DNA from: a virus
Taxonomy: Duplodnaviria > Caudoviricetes
Virus record (IMG/VR): IMGVR_UViG_3300037762_000184
Span: 1 to 64,000 of that record
Direction: 5' to 3' (one strand)
DNA: 64,000 nt
Shown here: positions 16,906 through 26,529 of the stretch, piece after piece
Layout of the letters: each line of letters begins with the position of its first letter
Numbering within the stretch: the stretch's first letter is position 1
Notes under the pieces: model-generated
What the model saw: only the letters and a program-made list of their open reading frames with translations
Told to the model about the DNA's origin: nothing
The model's database searches: none
Position numbers and translations under genes: made by a program

Positions 16906-17708
16906 GCTGCGGTCTCCTCGGAGGTCATGGATTCGTCAATGTCGTCAGGCAGCCACTCGCCGAGGTCGATGCGCTCGACCAGCGAGTCGAACTGGTGGGG
17001 CTTCAGGCCCCGCGGTCCGACGCCGAAGCGTTCCTCGGAGAGCTTCGTCACGATCTCAGCGGGTACGTCCCGCTCCTTGGCGAGCTTGGCGAGCCGCTTG
17101 AGGTCCGTGACGGACGGCCCCGATGGAGCAGAGGGCTCTTGCTTGGATGACGGGCCGTCCGACACGGTGGGCGCAGGTGCCGAGGCCGGCATCGCTGGCT
17201 TTGCGCCAGCGGGCAGCGCCCACTTCGGCAGCGCCGGTGGACGCCAGTAGAAGGTGGTGTCCTTGGTGTCGCCCTTGATCTTGGTTCTGGCGTAGATCGC
17301 CCCCGGCCCCTTCTCGACGATCTCGGCCCAGCCCTCGTCGAGGTTGTAGAGGTAACGCCCGATGCCCAGGGCGGCGCCGGCCCGCTTCATGGCGCCGGAT
17401 AGTCCGCCCTTGACCGCCTCGATGTCGGTGTTCTCGGCGCCGTCTTCTCGCCAGCACCACTCCGCTTCAGGCGAACCGCGAAAGTAGATTCGGCAGACGA
17501 CGCCGCCGTTCGGGCCGGTGCGGAATTGGTTCTTCCACCCGTCCACCCCGAACACTTCGTCTAGGCGCTCTTGGATGGCGCGGGCGGTGATGTAGGCGAG
17601 CACCTTGGCCCACAGCTCACCGTTGCCCTTCTTGCCGACTTGCGCGATCCGCCATTCGATGTCTTCGGCGGGGAATGGGTCGCGCAACCGTGCGTATTCG
17701 ATGGTCAC
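16902..17708 (-). CDS. Rad52/Rad22-like (Sak) single-strand annealing protein
   Basis: LRDPFPAEDIEWR...LAYITARAIQERLDEVFG..GW...EAVKGGLSGAMKRAGAALGIGRYLY. Confidence 0.9.
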   Translation of the reverse strand: MTIEYARLRDPFPAEDIEWRIAQVGKKGNGELWAKVLAYITARAIQERLDEVFGVDGWKNQFRTGPNGGVVCRIYFRGSPEAEWCWREDGAENTDIEAVKGGLSGAMKRAGAALGIGRYLYNLDEGWAEIVEKGPGAIYARTKIKGDTKDTTFYWRPPALPKWALPAGAKPAMPASAPAPTVSDGPSSKQEPSAPSGPSVTDLKRLAKLAKERDVPAEIVTKLSEERFGVGPRGLKPHQFDSLVERIDLGEWLPDDIDESMTSEETAA

Positions 17709-17917
17709 TTGTAGCCCTCCTTGAATGCCGTCCATGGTCCAGTGCAGCGCTCGCTCAACAGGGGGCCGACCGTCCGTTTGGTGCGGGTCAGGCGCAGCGC
17801 CGTGCGAAAGCAGTCGAGGCATGTAGTGCGGTAGGTCCGCGGGGTGATCAACTCAACCTCAACGCCCGGCCGGTGTCCAAGCCGTCGCGATGCGTCTGCC
17901 AGTTCGCCGGGGCTCAT
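17705..17917 (-). CDS. hypothetical protein
   Basis: TCLDC motif, coupled overlaps. Confidence 0.5.
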   Translation of the reverse strand: MSPGELADASRRLGHRPGVEVELITPRTYRTTCLDCFRTALRLTRTKRTVGPLLSERCTGPWTAFKEGYK

Positions 17918-18288
17918 CCAGCCCTCCTCAAAGAGGTCACCCGCTCCCTCGCCTCCGCCCGCTCCAGCCGGGCCAGCAGCTCGCGGTCCATGGAGCCGTC
18001 CTCCGACCGGAACCCCAGCCTGTCGAGGTAGCCGAAGACCGCAGTCGAGGCAGAGCACGAGAGCACCACAGCTCCGTCGCACCACGCCTCCTTGCGGAGA
18101 CAGTCCCGCACCTCGTCAGGGAAGACTTGGCCGTACTCGGGTCGCTGGCGGCGCGACGCCTCGGCGTATGCGCGGTCGCGGCACTCGCACTCACCAGGCT
18201 CAGGCGGCCGGATGTCCAGCTCCTCGTCCAGGCGCCCGGTGACGAGGAGGCGGGTGATGTCGGAGTCGCGGAAGCGGGGATCAGCCAC
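17914..18288 (-). CDS. hypothetical protein
   Basis: GTG with GGAGG SD. Confidence 0.55.
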   Translation of the reverse strand: MADPRFRDSDITRLLVTGRLDEELDIRPPEPGECECRDRAYAEASRRQRPEYGQVFPDEVRDCLRKEAWCDGAVVLSCSASTAVFGYLDRLGFRSEDGSMDRELLARLERAEARERVTSLRRAG

Positions 18289-21181
18289 GCTCGCCTCCTT
18301 CCCCGGAGGCGCGGTCGAGAGCGGCGAGGGTGTCCCATGCTCCGTAGAGCGCCAGACTTTCGGGGCGTCGAGCGTCCGCGCGATGCGGCACTGAGGCGCA
18401 GGCGACCAACTCTCCGTCGTTTCTGTAGTAGGTCTTGACCAGCAGAGCGATCGCGTCCCGCACCTCCTCGCTGACGCCCCCTTCGGGCGCCGGGGAGCGC
18501 TCCTGCCGAAGGGCTTGGAAGTCGCGCAGCTCCTCCTCATCACCAGCGGCCCTGACATACGCCTCTGCCGCGTCCCAAAGCTCTGCCGCCCCGCCAACCT
18601 GTAAGAGATCCTTACCAGTTGGTTCGGGCACCGGGGAGCGGCGGCCCTCACGCAGCAGTCGCAGCTCGCACAGGCTGCCGAGGATGCCGGCAACCGCCGA
18701 CCCTGTAGCCGACGCCCCGCACGAGGCGCAGCAGCCGTCCCCGTCTACCGCGACTCCGGTGCCGCACTCAGGGCAGAGCGTTTCGGGGTTGGGCGAAAGC
18801 GGGAGTGGCGTGTCGGGCGCCGGGGAGCACGAAACGACGCCACCGCGGCGGCAGCGTTCGCACTCTCCAGAGCACGGCGCCGGGTTGCCCTGGTCGTCCA
18901 CCTTGCAGCAGCCGCAGACCATTTGTCGGCAGGTGGGGCAGCCGTGCGTCGGCTCTACGCCATCCAGCTCCTTGCCGCAGCTCGGGCAGTAGCCGTAGTG
19001 GCCGTCGTCGGGCGCCGGGGAGCGGGAGAGGGCGGCTTCAAGGCGGCGCCAGTGGCCGAAGGTCAGCGCGTCGGTCAGCTTGTCAATGAAGTGGCCGTCC
19101 GAGCCAACGCTCCAGTTGTCCAGAGGAGAGGCGCCGAGAGGCTCGCTGTCATAGGCCGCGATCAGCTCCGCGAACGGCCGCGCCGCCCCCTGAAGCAGCC
19201 ACCCCCACGCCTCCCGCACCCTCCGCTGGTGCAGCTCCCGGTCTCCCGCCGGGGGAGGCGCCGCCCACTTGTAGCCGTGCTCGAATGCGTTCCACAAAGC
19301 GCCTTCTGTGTGCTCGGGATCAGTCGCCCACTTCGTGGCGTTCGCGTAGCTGTCGCCGACCTTGTAGAACTCGAAGGCGTTGCGCACATTGCGCGGAGCG
19401 ATGCCCATCACCGTCGTCGCCTCTTCGGCTGGCGGTCCCGCCGGGGGAGGCGGGGGAGGGGTGTAGAGGGGCGGGGCAAGGGCGGCATACCAGCCCGCGA
19501 AGAAGGCGTGCGACGGCGACCCCTTCGTCCGGCCGAGGCGCATCTCGCTGGCCCTATAGGCAGCCCATGCTTCGTCCACGTCCGCGATCGGCAACCCACC
19601 TGGAGTCGTGGGGCGCTGGCGCGCCACCGGCTCCGGCTCCCCGGCCGGCTCGACGGGCCAGTCGCCGTGTCCATTGCTGTGGTCTGCGGGCTCGTGCCCG
19701 GCGAACTTGCTGCACGGGTAGGCGGACCCATTCGGATCGGCGGCGCCGCACAGCGGCTTGGGCGGCCCGAACCCGGCGCGAAGGGCGATCTCGGGCGCGG
19801 AAAACTCGCACCGGGAGACGGTCAGGTGTCCATAGGGGAGAAGGCAGACCCAGGACGACAACACAGGGTGCCGCATGCCGCACTTCGGCCTTGGCGGCTC
19901 CCCGGCCGGCGGCTCGGGGGTGGAGACCTCCTCGTCAACGTCCTCCACCAGCATTCGCCCCGGCAGCTCCTCGTTCGGGTCGAGGTTGAAGCGGCGGCAG
20001 AGATTCACCGCGTAGCCAGATCCGACAGCCAGGGCCTCGACGACGGCGTGCCACCGGACGCCTCCCGCGGGATGGCGAGGTCGGGCGTTCCGCACCGCCC
20101 GCCTCACCAGCTCTTCGTCGCTGATCTCCGGTGTGGCGCTCTCGGCCTCCCCCGTCTCCGGTGACGGAGGCTCGGCGTCACCCGGCTCCTCGAAGGGCGC
20201 TCGCTCGGGGTCAGGCTCGACCGCTTCGATCTCCGCCTCCGGTGACGGTGCGGGCGGGGAGGCTTCAGAGGGATCGGCGCGTTCGCGGTGCCACTGATCC
20301 ACGAGCCGCTCAACGCCCGCGCAGGTCGAAGCCCCAAAAGGGCCGCCCGCAGCGAACTCGGGACGAGCGCCCTCAGCCCTCCAGCCGCCGCCGCGATGCT
20401 CGAAGACGCGGAAGCCGCGGTAGACGTTCCAGGGCGCCGCCCCTTCCGTCTCTGCGGGGCGGGCCTCCCCTCGCGCGACTTGGCTGGCAAGCGCTACGGC
20501 GCCGCGGAGGCGCAATTGAGCGTGGTGGCTCCCGACGTGAGGCATGGCCGATTCGGCGGCGACTACCAGGCTCCACAGCGCCGAAACGAGCGCACCGGGC
20601 TTCTCTGCGGGGCGGGCCGAGGGCGGCGGCGGAGCGGACGCGGCGCCGCGCTTCCATAAGACGTTCCCGTGCGGCTCCTTCAGCCACTCGGCGTACTCCT
20701 CGAAGTCGAAGCGCGGCGTCTCTGCAGGGCGGGGAGCGGCGAGGTTGAGTAGCGATACGATCTCGTCGAGTGATCGCCGAGCGTCGCTCAAGGCCCATGC
20801 GCCGACGCTGCCTCGACGGTAGATCCCGAAAGGCGGACCGTTCGGAGCTGTATCGACGTACCACTCGCCCGTTTCGCGGGCAACCGCGGCCGCCTCTTCG
20901 GCTCCAGGGGTGGGGCCGATGCCTGCGTAGCTGCGGGCCACCTCTTCGCGGACCTGCGCCTCGCAACCCTCAGCCGGCCGCAGCAGCCCGGACTTGATGA
21001 GATTGTCGGCGGCCGCGTAGTCCCGGGCTTGCGGCTGTGGGGCTCCAGGGGTGGGGAGGGCGGAGCGAAGAAAGTCGGCGAGGATGGCTTCGCGCTCCGA
21101 CGCGTAGTCATCGTAGCCGGCGGCGGCCAAGGCTAAGTTGTGAACCGCTCGCGCGATCCGGTCGGCGGGGTCATCCATCAC
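18281..21181 (-). CDS. 966-aa mosaic multi-module protein
   Basis: long ORF coupled at both ends; several Cys/His modules separated by Pro-rich repeated linkers. Confidence 0.7.
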   Translation of the reverse strand: MMDDPADRIARAVHNLALAAAGYDDYASEREAILADFLRSALPTPGAPQPQARDYAAADNLIKSGLLRPAEGCEAQVREEVARSYAGIGPTPGAEEAAAVARETGEWYVDTAPNGPPFGIYRRGSVGAWALSDARRSLDEIVSLLNLAAPRPAETPRFDFEEYAEWLKEPHGNVLWKRGAASAPPPPSARPAEKPGALVSALWSLVVAAESAMPHVGSHHAQLRLRGAVALASQVARGEARPAETEGAAPWNVYRGFRVFEHRGGGWRAEGARPEFAAGGPFGASTCAGVERLVDQWHRERADPSEASPPAPSPEAEIEAVEPDPERAPFEEPGDAEPPSPETGEAESATPEISDEELVRRAVRNARPRHPAGGVRWHAVVEALAVGSGYAVNLCRRFNLDPNEELPGRMLVEDVDEEVSTPEPPAGEPPRPKCGMRHPVLSSWVCLLPYGHLTVSRCEFSAPEIALRAGFGPPKPLCGAADPNGSAYPCSKFAGHEPADHSNGHGDWPVEPAGEPEPVARQRPTTPGGLPIADVDEAWAAYRASEMRLGRTKGSPSHAFFAGWYAALAPPLYTPPPPPPAGPPAEEATTVMGIAPRNVRNAFEFYKVGDSYANATKWATDPEHTEGALWNAFEHGYKWAAPPPAGDRELHQRRVREAWGWLLQGAARPFAELIAAYDSEPLGASPLDNWSVGSDGHFIDKLTDALTFGHWRRLEAALSRSPAPDDGHYGYCPSCGKELDGVEPTHGCPTCRQMVCGCCKVDDQGNPAPCSGECERCRRGGVVSCSPAPDTPLPLSPNPETLCPECGTGVAVDGDGCCASCGASATGSAVAGILGSLCELRLLREGRRSPVPEPTGKDLLQVGGAAELWDAAEAYVRAAGDEEELRDFQALRQERSPAPEGGVSEEVRDAIALLVKTYYRNDGELVACASVPHRADARRPESLALYGAWDTLAALDRASGEGGERG

Positions 21182-21663
21182 GCAGCTCCTCCGCCGAGAC
21201 GCGAGAGCAGCTCACCGAGCGAGGCGGCCCGCTCCGCGTCCACCCCAGCCGGCAGGTGGCCGTCCGGGGTCGGCTCGTCAGGGTGTAGGTCTAGCTCGAT
21301 GTCGCCCAGCTCCAGTTCTCTACGCCGGGAGTAGGGCGGCTGGGGGAGCGCGTCAGCACCCTTCATCCCAGCCCGCTCGGTTACCTCGGCGCCGTGCTTC
21401 CGGATGATGAACGCCTCTTGCCGCATGATCGTCGCCGCGTAGTGAAGCGCGTCGCGGTGGCTGTCGCGCCAACCGGTCGGCCACGTGTCGACGTGTGTTG
21501 CGATGCGTGAGGCGGCGGCGACCAGCAGGTGCTCCGCGACCTGCACCAGCTCGGCGTCTGTCACACGCGACGAGAGCAGCCCGTCGGCCGACAGCCAACC
21601 GAGGAGCTGGTAGAGGTACTGCTGTTCGAGGTCTTCGGTGCTAGTATTTCGTTTGTGGGGCAT
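21178..21663 (-). CDS. hypothetical protein
   Basis: ATG 21663, AAAGGG SD. Confidence 0.55.
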   Translation of the reverse strand: MPHKRNTSTEDLEQQYLYQLLGWLSADGLLSSRVTDAELVQVAEHLLVAAASRIATHVDTWPTGWRDSHRDALHYAATIMRQEAFIIRKHGAEVTERAGMKGADALPQPPYSRRRELELGDIELDLHPDEPTPDGHLPAGVDAERAASLGELLSRLGGGAA

Positions 21664-21679
21664 CGGTGTTGCCCTTTCT

Positions 21680-21713
21680 GCCCCGTCCCGGCTTCCGAGC
21701 GCCGGGGCGGGGC
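21680..21713. terminator. GC-rich stem-loop between genes
   Basis: GCCCCGTCCCGGC / GCCGGGGCGGGGC 13-bp stem; no clear U-tract. Confidence 0.35.
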
Positions 21714-21722
21714 GTAGTCGTT

Positions 21723-22136
21723 TCAGACGAATTCCACCTTCGGGCAGAAGCGCTGCTTGCGGGCGCGGAGGTAGGACAGGACCAGCGGATCGCGGGCGGT
21801 CACGTGATCCCAAGCGACGAGGCCGCCGACCACCAGTCCACCGGCGAGAAGCACTAACCCGAACGCCACCAGGAAGAGCGAGGGGTCGTCGAGAACAATG
21901 ACGACGAACAGCGACAAAAGAGATCCGGCCAGACAGGAGCTGAGGGCCAGCCTCAAGAGCCGCGGCACGCGGTGGCTCCGGATCGGCCATGCGAGCGAGT
22001 ACAGGAGCAGGCCCCAAAGCATCAAGGGGCTTGCGACAACTCGCCAGAAGACGACGCAGAGAGATGCGTCATCCGGCACTTCGTCGGCGCCAAGATAGGC
22101 AAGCCGGACCAGCCAAGAGCCTCTTTTCAGTTGCAC
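21723..22136 (-). CDS. membrane protein (about 3 TM segments)
   Basis: hydrophobic helices; GGAGGAG SD with GTG. Confidence 0.7.
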   Translation of the reverse strand: MQLKRGSWLVRLAYLGADEVPDDASLCVVFWRVVASPLMLWGLLLYSLAWPIRSHRVPRLLRLALSSCLAGSLLSLFVVIVLDDPSLFLVAFGLVLLAGGLVVGGLVAWDHVTARDPLVLSYLRARKQRFCPKVEFV

Positions 22137-22346
22137 GTTCTCTCCTCCTCGGTCAGTCGTTTCAGGGGCAGGGCGGCGCCGGCAGTGCCCTGTAACCGGC
22201 GTGGTCGCCGCGTTCGTTGAACAGGCTCTCCCGGACCGGGCTGGCGCTCTCCCGCGGGAGCGGTTCACGTTCCGAGTCGACGGCGTCGAGCAGGCAGTGG
22301 CGCCCGCGGCTGAAGGTCGCCTCATCCGGTCCCTTCTCGTCGCGGC

Positions 22347-22676
22347 TCATGCCGCGCTCCTCAGCCCGTCGAGCGCCACCTTCCACCCTCCGAAGGAGTC
22401 TCCGAGGCAGGCGAGGTCTTGGCGGGTGATGTACTGGTACCGCCTCCCGTCAGCGTCCTCCCGCCACACGGTGTCGTGCTGCCCTCCCGGCGTCAGGTGC
22501 GGGATGCCGTTCAGCCCCGCCGTCCCGTGCCGCATCCTCCGGCGCTTGCCGAGGATGGGCGGGTGGGTGCGGCGCTGGGCGTAGCGGCTCTGGTAGCCCG
22601 GAAGCAGCATGGCCGCCGCCTTCGCGGCCTTCTTCTTGGCCGCCTGCTGCCTCCGGCGCTCGCTCTTGTTCGCCAT
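22347..22676 (-). CDS. basic hypothetical protein
   Basis: coupled to upstream stop. Confidence 0.55.
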   Translation of the reverse strand: MANKSERRRQQAAKKKAAKAAAMLLPGYQSRYAQRRTHPPILGKRRRMRHGTAGLNGIPHLTPGGQHDTVWREDADGRRYQYITRQDLACLGDSFGGWKVALDGLRSAA

Positions 22677-22897
22677 CAGTTGAAGCCTTCGATGAAGTCG
22701 CGCATCGACTGCGTGGTCTTGAGGTGCCCGGCGAGGCGCAGGGACGCCATCAGCGCTTTCCCGGGGTGTGTCACCGTCTCCGGGTGCTTGCCGAGGTATG
22801 AGAGCATCGAAGCCATCGCTTGGTCGATGTCATTGGAATCGACGTACTCCAGCGCCCTGGTCTTGCACCAATCGAGGTGTTCGTTTCTCGTTCGCAC
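22676..22897 (-). CDS. conserved-type phage hypothetical protein
   Basis: RNEHLDWCKTRALEYVD...SMLSYLGKHPET; GGGAGG SD. Confidence 0.75.
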   Translation of the reverse strand: MRTRNEHLDWCKTRALEYVDSNDIDQAMASMLSYLGKHPETVTHPGKALMASLRLAGHLKTTQSMRDFIEGFN

Positions 22898-23337
22898 AGC
22901 GTCCCTCCCTTCGGTCAGTCGTGGACTCGACGCTGCCCCGGTGGTATCCCCGCCTCGGCCTTGCACCGGGTCGTGGGGCTTTTGGTCCCCAGGCGGGCGC
23001 CGGAGCAGCGTCCAGTCCACGAGTTGTCAAATCCGAGGCGGCACCGCAGCGGGCGCCGGTCTTCGCCCTGCCGCCTCGGCCCTGCTACCGAGTCCGGGAC
23101 TCCCCTGTTAGAACGGCCCCGTAGTCCGCTGCTGCGGCGCAGGCTTTGGGGTTGGAGCGGTGCTCCAGAGAGGGCGGGGCGCCCGGCATCGTCCCGAAGG
23201 AGTTTCCAGCCGAGCCCGTCGCGTGCGCGTCCCTTGCGGGCCGTCGCATGTCCTAGCGATCCGGGTGAAGTCGGTGCATCCGAAGACCACCGCTGTCGGA
23301 ATCCCGCAATCGGTTCCCGCCCTCACTGCAGCACCGC

Positions 23338-23652
23338 TCAAGGTTCTCTCCTCAGTCGTTCCTCGCCTCCACAGGCCGCCCCGACGACGGGGGACGTGTG
23401 GGATGTACTGCTGGGCTGCTGTTGGCGGGCCGGCTCACGAACGACAGCCGGATCGTTGGTGGCGTTGGGATACGCCGAGGCAGCCTGTGCAGGCGAGGAC
23501 TTGGAGCGCGAAGCGAGGTAGCGGGTGACGAGCAGCCGCGCCCGTGCGATCTCAGCGGCGAGCCGGTAGCGGTGCTCTTCCGCCGGCATGCCTTCGACCA
23601 GCACGATCCACGGAGAGTCCGGGTGGCGACGGCCGGAGAAGAGGGAGGTCAT
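23338..23652 (-). CDS. hypothetical protein
   Basis: ATG overlapping upstream stop. Confidence 0.45.
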   Translation of the reverse strand: MTSLFSGRRHPDSPWIVLVEGMPAEEHRYRLAAEIARARLLVTRYLASRSKSSPAQAASAYPNATNDPAVVREPARQQQPSSTSHTSPVVGAACGGEERLRREP

Positions 23653-24032
23653 GCGGACCTCCGGCGGCGCTCTAAGTGAGCGGTCTTGTAGGGCGCGCAG
23701 TAGGCGGTGTGCGCTCGCGTGCAGGGCCGACAGCGGCAGCCGTAGTTCGTGTAGGTGCTGGTCGTCCCGTGCGTCGGGTTTGCCTCGCCGCGGAGGAAGC
23801 TCTCGCGCAGGTCGGCTACATGTTGAAGCTGTGCTTCCCGGCAGTCGGCGCAGCGGCATCCATGGTTGGCGTAGCCGGCGTGCGTTCCGTGTGGGACGCG
23901 GCTGAGGTCCCCCTCGGCGACTCTTTGTCGAAAGCGTTGGCGGCGGGCGCGGGAGTCGGCTGCATGGGCACCACGGCAGGCGTCACACCGGCACCCTTGC
24001 TGATAAAGCGAGTCGGTCCCGTGCTCGCTCAC
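23649..24032 (-). CDS. protein with three HG-x4-Y-x2/3-GCRC-x2-C zinc-finger-like repeats
   Basis: HGTDSLYQQGCRCDAC, HGTHAGYANHGCRCADC, HGTTSTYTNYGCRCRPC. Confidence 0.85.
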   Translation of the reverse strand: MSEHGTDSLYQQGCRCDACRGAHAADSRARRQRFRQRVAEGDLSRVPHGTHAGYANHGCRCADCREAQLQHVADLRESFLRGEANPTHGTTSTYTNYGCRCRPCTRAHTAYCAPYKTAHLERRRRSA

Positions 24033-24214
24033 CGCTGGCCTCCCTTCGCCTCGACGATCGCCGTCATGAGCGCCCGCCTCAGCCCCTCAGCCGTCTCCAC
24101 CGGGATGGTCGCCACCATCGACAGAGGAGGAGAGCCGGAGACCACCAGCACGCCTGAGAGCGCGACGGTGACGGTGCCTGCCTTGGGGTCAGGGGTGACC
24201 GAGAGGGCGGTCAC
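24029..24214 (-). CDS. hypothetical protein
   Basis: coupled overlaps. Confidence 0.55.
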   Translation of the reverse strand: MTALSVTPDPKAGTVTVALSGVLVVSGSPPLSMVATIPVETAEGLRRALMTAIVEAKGGQR

Positions 24215-24987
24215 ACCGCGCTCCGAGCGCGAGCCGCGGCATCACTCAGGAAGGCGAGGGGGAGCCGCCGCTCCTTGGAGGCATGGTTGTAGACCTGCTC
24301 CAGGCTGAGCACGTAGTCGCGGATGCTGCGCTGCCTTTCCAGCAGGTGGTTCCACTTGCCGAGCCTCCTCTCCAGCTCGGTGAGGTCAACTTCCTCGACG
24401 ATCACGACGCGGGAAGCCGCCTGAACGAACGGCGTCGTGGTGGCGAACGCGCTGCCCGCCTCCTTGGCGGCCGCGACGAGCCGGGCCACCGCCTCCGCGT
24501 GTTGGCGGCCCGCAGGAGTCACTCGGTAGTTGCCCGCCTTGAACCCGGGGTACTTGTTGTGACTGGCGGCAAGCTCACCGGCGAGCATCCCGATGCAGCA
24601 GCCGAGCGGGAGGTCCGTGCGCGTCCAAAACTGCTTCACCTCGACGTAGTAGCCGCGCCCCTCGCGAACGTAGGAGGTGAGGTAGTCGGCCAACGACCAC
24701 GGCTTCGTGGCGGCCTCCAGCTCGTGAATGCCGATATCCCCGTCGTCGGCGAGGACGTAGTAGACCGGGATGCCAAGCTCGCGGGCGACGGCGAAGCGGT
24801 GGTGTCCGGCTTTGATCTTCAGCTTCGTGCCGTTCGGGACGCAGTGGAGTGGGTACTGCGGCAGGAAGCCATACCGCTCCATGCTCTTGCGCAGCTTGTC
24901 GGGCTCCGTGTCCCGGTTCTGTGGGTTCAGCTCGAACTTGTCGTAGTCGCGGGTCGACAGCAGCTTCGGTGCGGCGGCGGTGGTCAT
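24211..24987 (-). CDS. ParB/Srx N-terminal domain protein
   Basis: NPQNR...LRKSMERYGFL...IKAGHHRFAVARELG. Confidence 0.85.
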   Translation of the reverse strand: MTTAAAPKLLSTRDYDKFELNPQNRDTEPDKLRKSMERYGFLPQYPLHCVPNGTKLKIKAGHHRFAVARELGIPVYYVLADDGDIGIHELEAATKPWSLADYLTSYVREGRGYYVEVKQFWTRTDLPLGCCIGMLAGELAASHNKYPGFKAGNYRVTPAGRQHAEAVARLVAAAKEAGSAFATTTPFVQAASRVVIVEEVDLTELERRLGKWNHLLERQRSIRDYVLSLEQVYNHASKERRLPLAFLSDAAARARSAV

Positions 24988-25715
24988 GCGGTCTGCTCCT
25001 CCCTGTTCAGCTCATTGGCGATCCAGTCGTTCACCCGGAAAAGCGCAGCCACCCGATGGGGGTCGGTGCGGCTGATGCGTTCCAGTTGGCTGATCGCGGA
25101 CTCGGCGAAAGCCATCGCGTCGGAAATCTCGGCGGGGGGGATGCGCTCGGGAAGCCGCAACGGTTCCGGCGCCGTCTCCGCTCGCCGCCCGATGTTCGTG
25201 GTGTCCTGCTGGTAGGTGGTCCCGCCGCGGGTCACTTCGCGAATCGCGGGCCGTTCTATCTTAGGTTCGTCCTGAGATAGCACCTCGTCACGGCGCAAGC
25301 GGCTGACCCATGATTGGTCGACGCCGCAAGCCTTCGCGATTTCGCTGTCGCTCAAGGACACCCACTCGAAATCGTTGAGAAGGGTGAAAACAGCCTTCCG
25401 CTTGTCGGCATTGGAGCGGCGCAGCCCGTGGGCTTGATTCGCCCCCACGCTGTAGAGGATCGCGTCCCGCCGCGTGCCGCTCTTGACCTCCGGCCGGCAG
25501 CTCGTCAGCCCTGCCCGCTTCATCGCGTGGTACCGGTGGAAGCCGTCCGCCAGCCAGTACTCGGCGCCGTCGTGGAAGACGACCACCGGCGGGAACTCGG
25601 CGTCACCCTCCATCGCCTCGGCGTACTCGGCGACGGTGGTTTCGTTGATCTCCGCCCGCGGCTGCGTGTCGCCGTCCAGGCGGATCAGGTCGAGGTGAAG
25701 GGGCTTGCCGCTCAC
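24984..25715 (-). CDS. ParB/Srx domain + HTH protein
   Basis: TQPRAEINE..VAEYAEAM..FPPVVVF..G..YWLADGFHRYHA; SDSEIAKACGVDQSWVSRLR. Confidence 0.88.
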   Translation of the reverse strand: MSGKPLHLDLIRLDGDTQPRAEINETTVAEYAEAMEGDAEFPPVVVFHDGAEYWLADGFHRYHAMKRAGLTSCRPEVKSGTRRDAILYSVGANQAHGLRRSNADKRKAVFTLLNDFEWVSLSDSEIAKACGVDQSWVSRLRRDEVLSQDEPKIERPAIREVTRGGTTYQQDTTNIGRRAETAPEPLRLPERIPPAEISDAMAFAESAISQLERISRTDPHRVAALFRVNDWIANELNREEQTA

Positions 25716-25987
25716 GCTGCCGCTCCAGCCTTCCGCTCGCCGGAGTCGGCGGGCTCCAACTCCCACCCATCTGCCGGCGAGTTGAAGAGCCGCTGCAAGA
25801 TGCCGGTGTTTGCGCCATCCGGGCGCCCGGCCTCGCATAGCCAGACGCGCACGGTTGAGGCGGCGAGTGGTCCCTTGTCGATCTTCCGGCGCTCCGCCGA
25901 GACCATCGCCGCCACGTCCTTGTCGGTGAGTCCGCGCGCCCGCATCGTGTCGCGAAGGTGGCGCGCCGAGGGTCGGTAAGTTGCCAT
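25712..25987 (-). CDS. Cro-like HTH regulator
   Basis: LRDTMRARGLTDKDVAAMV...ASTVRVW; divergent from XRE repressor. Confidence 0.7.
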   Translation of the reverse strand: MATYRPSARHLRDTMRARGLTDKDVAAMVSAERRKIDKGPLAASTVRVWLCEAGRPDGANTGILQRLFNSPADGWELEPADSGERKAGAAA

Positions 25988-25994
25988 GCGCAGC

Positions 25995-26071
25995 ACCATA
26001 GCGTCTTGCGGCTTACCTGTCAAGCCCCTCCGCGCATGCTGCTTGACACAGCAAGCCAGCGCGGCTAACAT
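25995..26071. promoter_or_regulatory. back-to-back sigma70-type promoters of the lysis/lysogeny switch
   Basis: minus: TTGACA(26018-23)-17-TATGGT(25995-26000); plus: TTGACA(26043-48)-17-TAACAT(26066-71). Confidence 0.8.
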
Positions 26072-26081
26072 GCGCGATGCT

Positions 26082-26525
26082 ATGGGCGTAGAGCGCACCA
26101 TTGCGCTGCACAGCGCAGCGGAGTACCCTGGGAGGGTGACTCACCCTTTGGCCGGCTTGGGGCCGGCGCTTGCTGTGCTGCGGAACCGCCGCGGCATGAC
26201 TCAGCGGGAGCTAGAGGAAGCCGCCGACGTGGCCGAGAACAGCGTCAGTCGCTTCGAGAACGGCAGGCACATGCGGCTGGACATTCTCAGCCGTCTCCTT
26301 GCAGCGCTTGGTGCCGACCTGTGCGACCTCGGAGTCGAGGCGCGAAGGGCGGTGGAGGTGGGCGAGGGCGAGGCAGCCGAGCCTCGCAGCCCCTACCACT
26401 ACATGGCGGTGGAAACCGGGGCCGTATCAGAGCGCCGCCGGCTGGCGCTACTAGAGCAACGGCAGGCGGAGCTGGAATTGAGGCTGGCGGGTCTGGAGGA
26501 CAAAGGCATAGCGGGGCGGGAGTGA
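26082..26525 (+). CDS. XRE-family HTH repressor (CI-like), no peptidase domain
   Basis: LAVLRNRRGMTQRELEEAADVAENSVSRFENG; start uncertain (26082 ATG or 26136 GTG). Confidence 0.88.
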   Translation: MGVERTIALHSAAEYPGRVTHPLAGLGPALAVLRNRRGMTQRELEEAADVAENSVSRFENGRHMRLDILSRLLAALGADLCDLGVEARRAVEVGEGEAAEPRSPYHYMAVETGAVSERRRLALLEQRQAELELRLAGLEDKGIAGRE

Positions 26526-26529
26526 ACTC

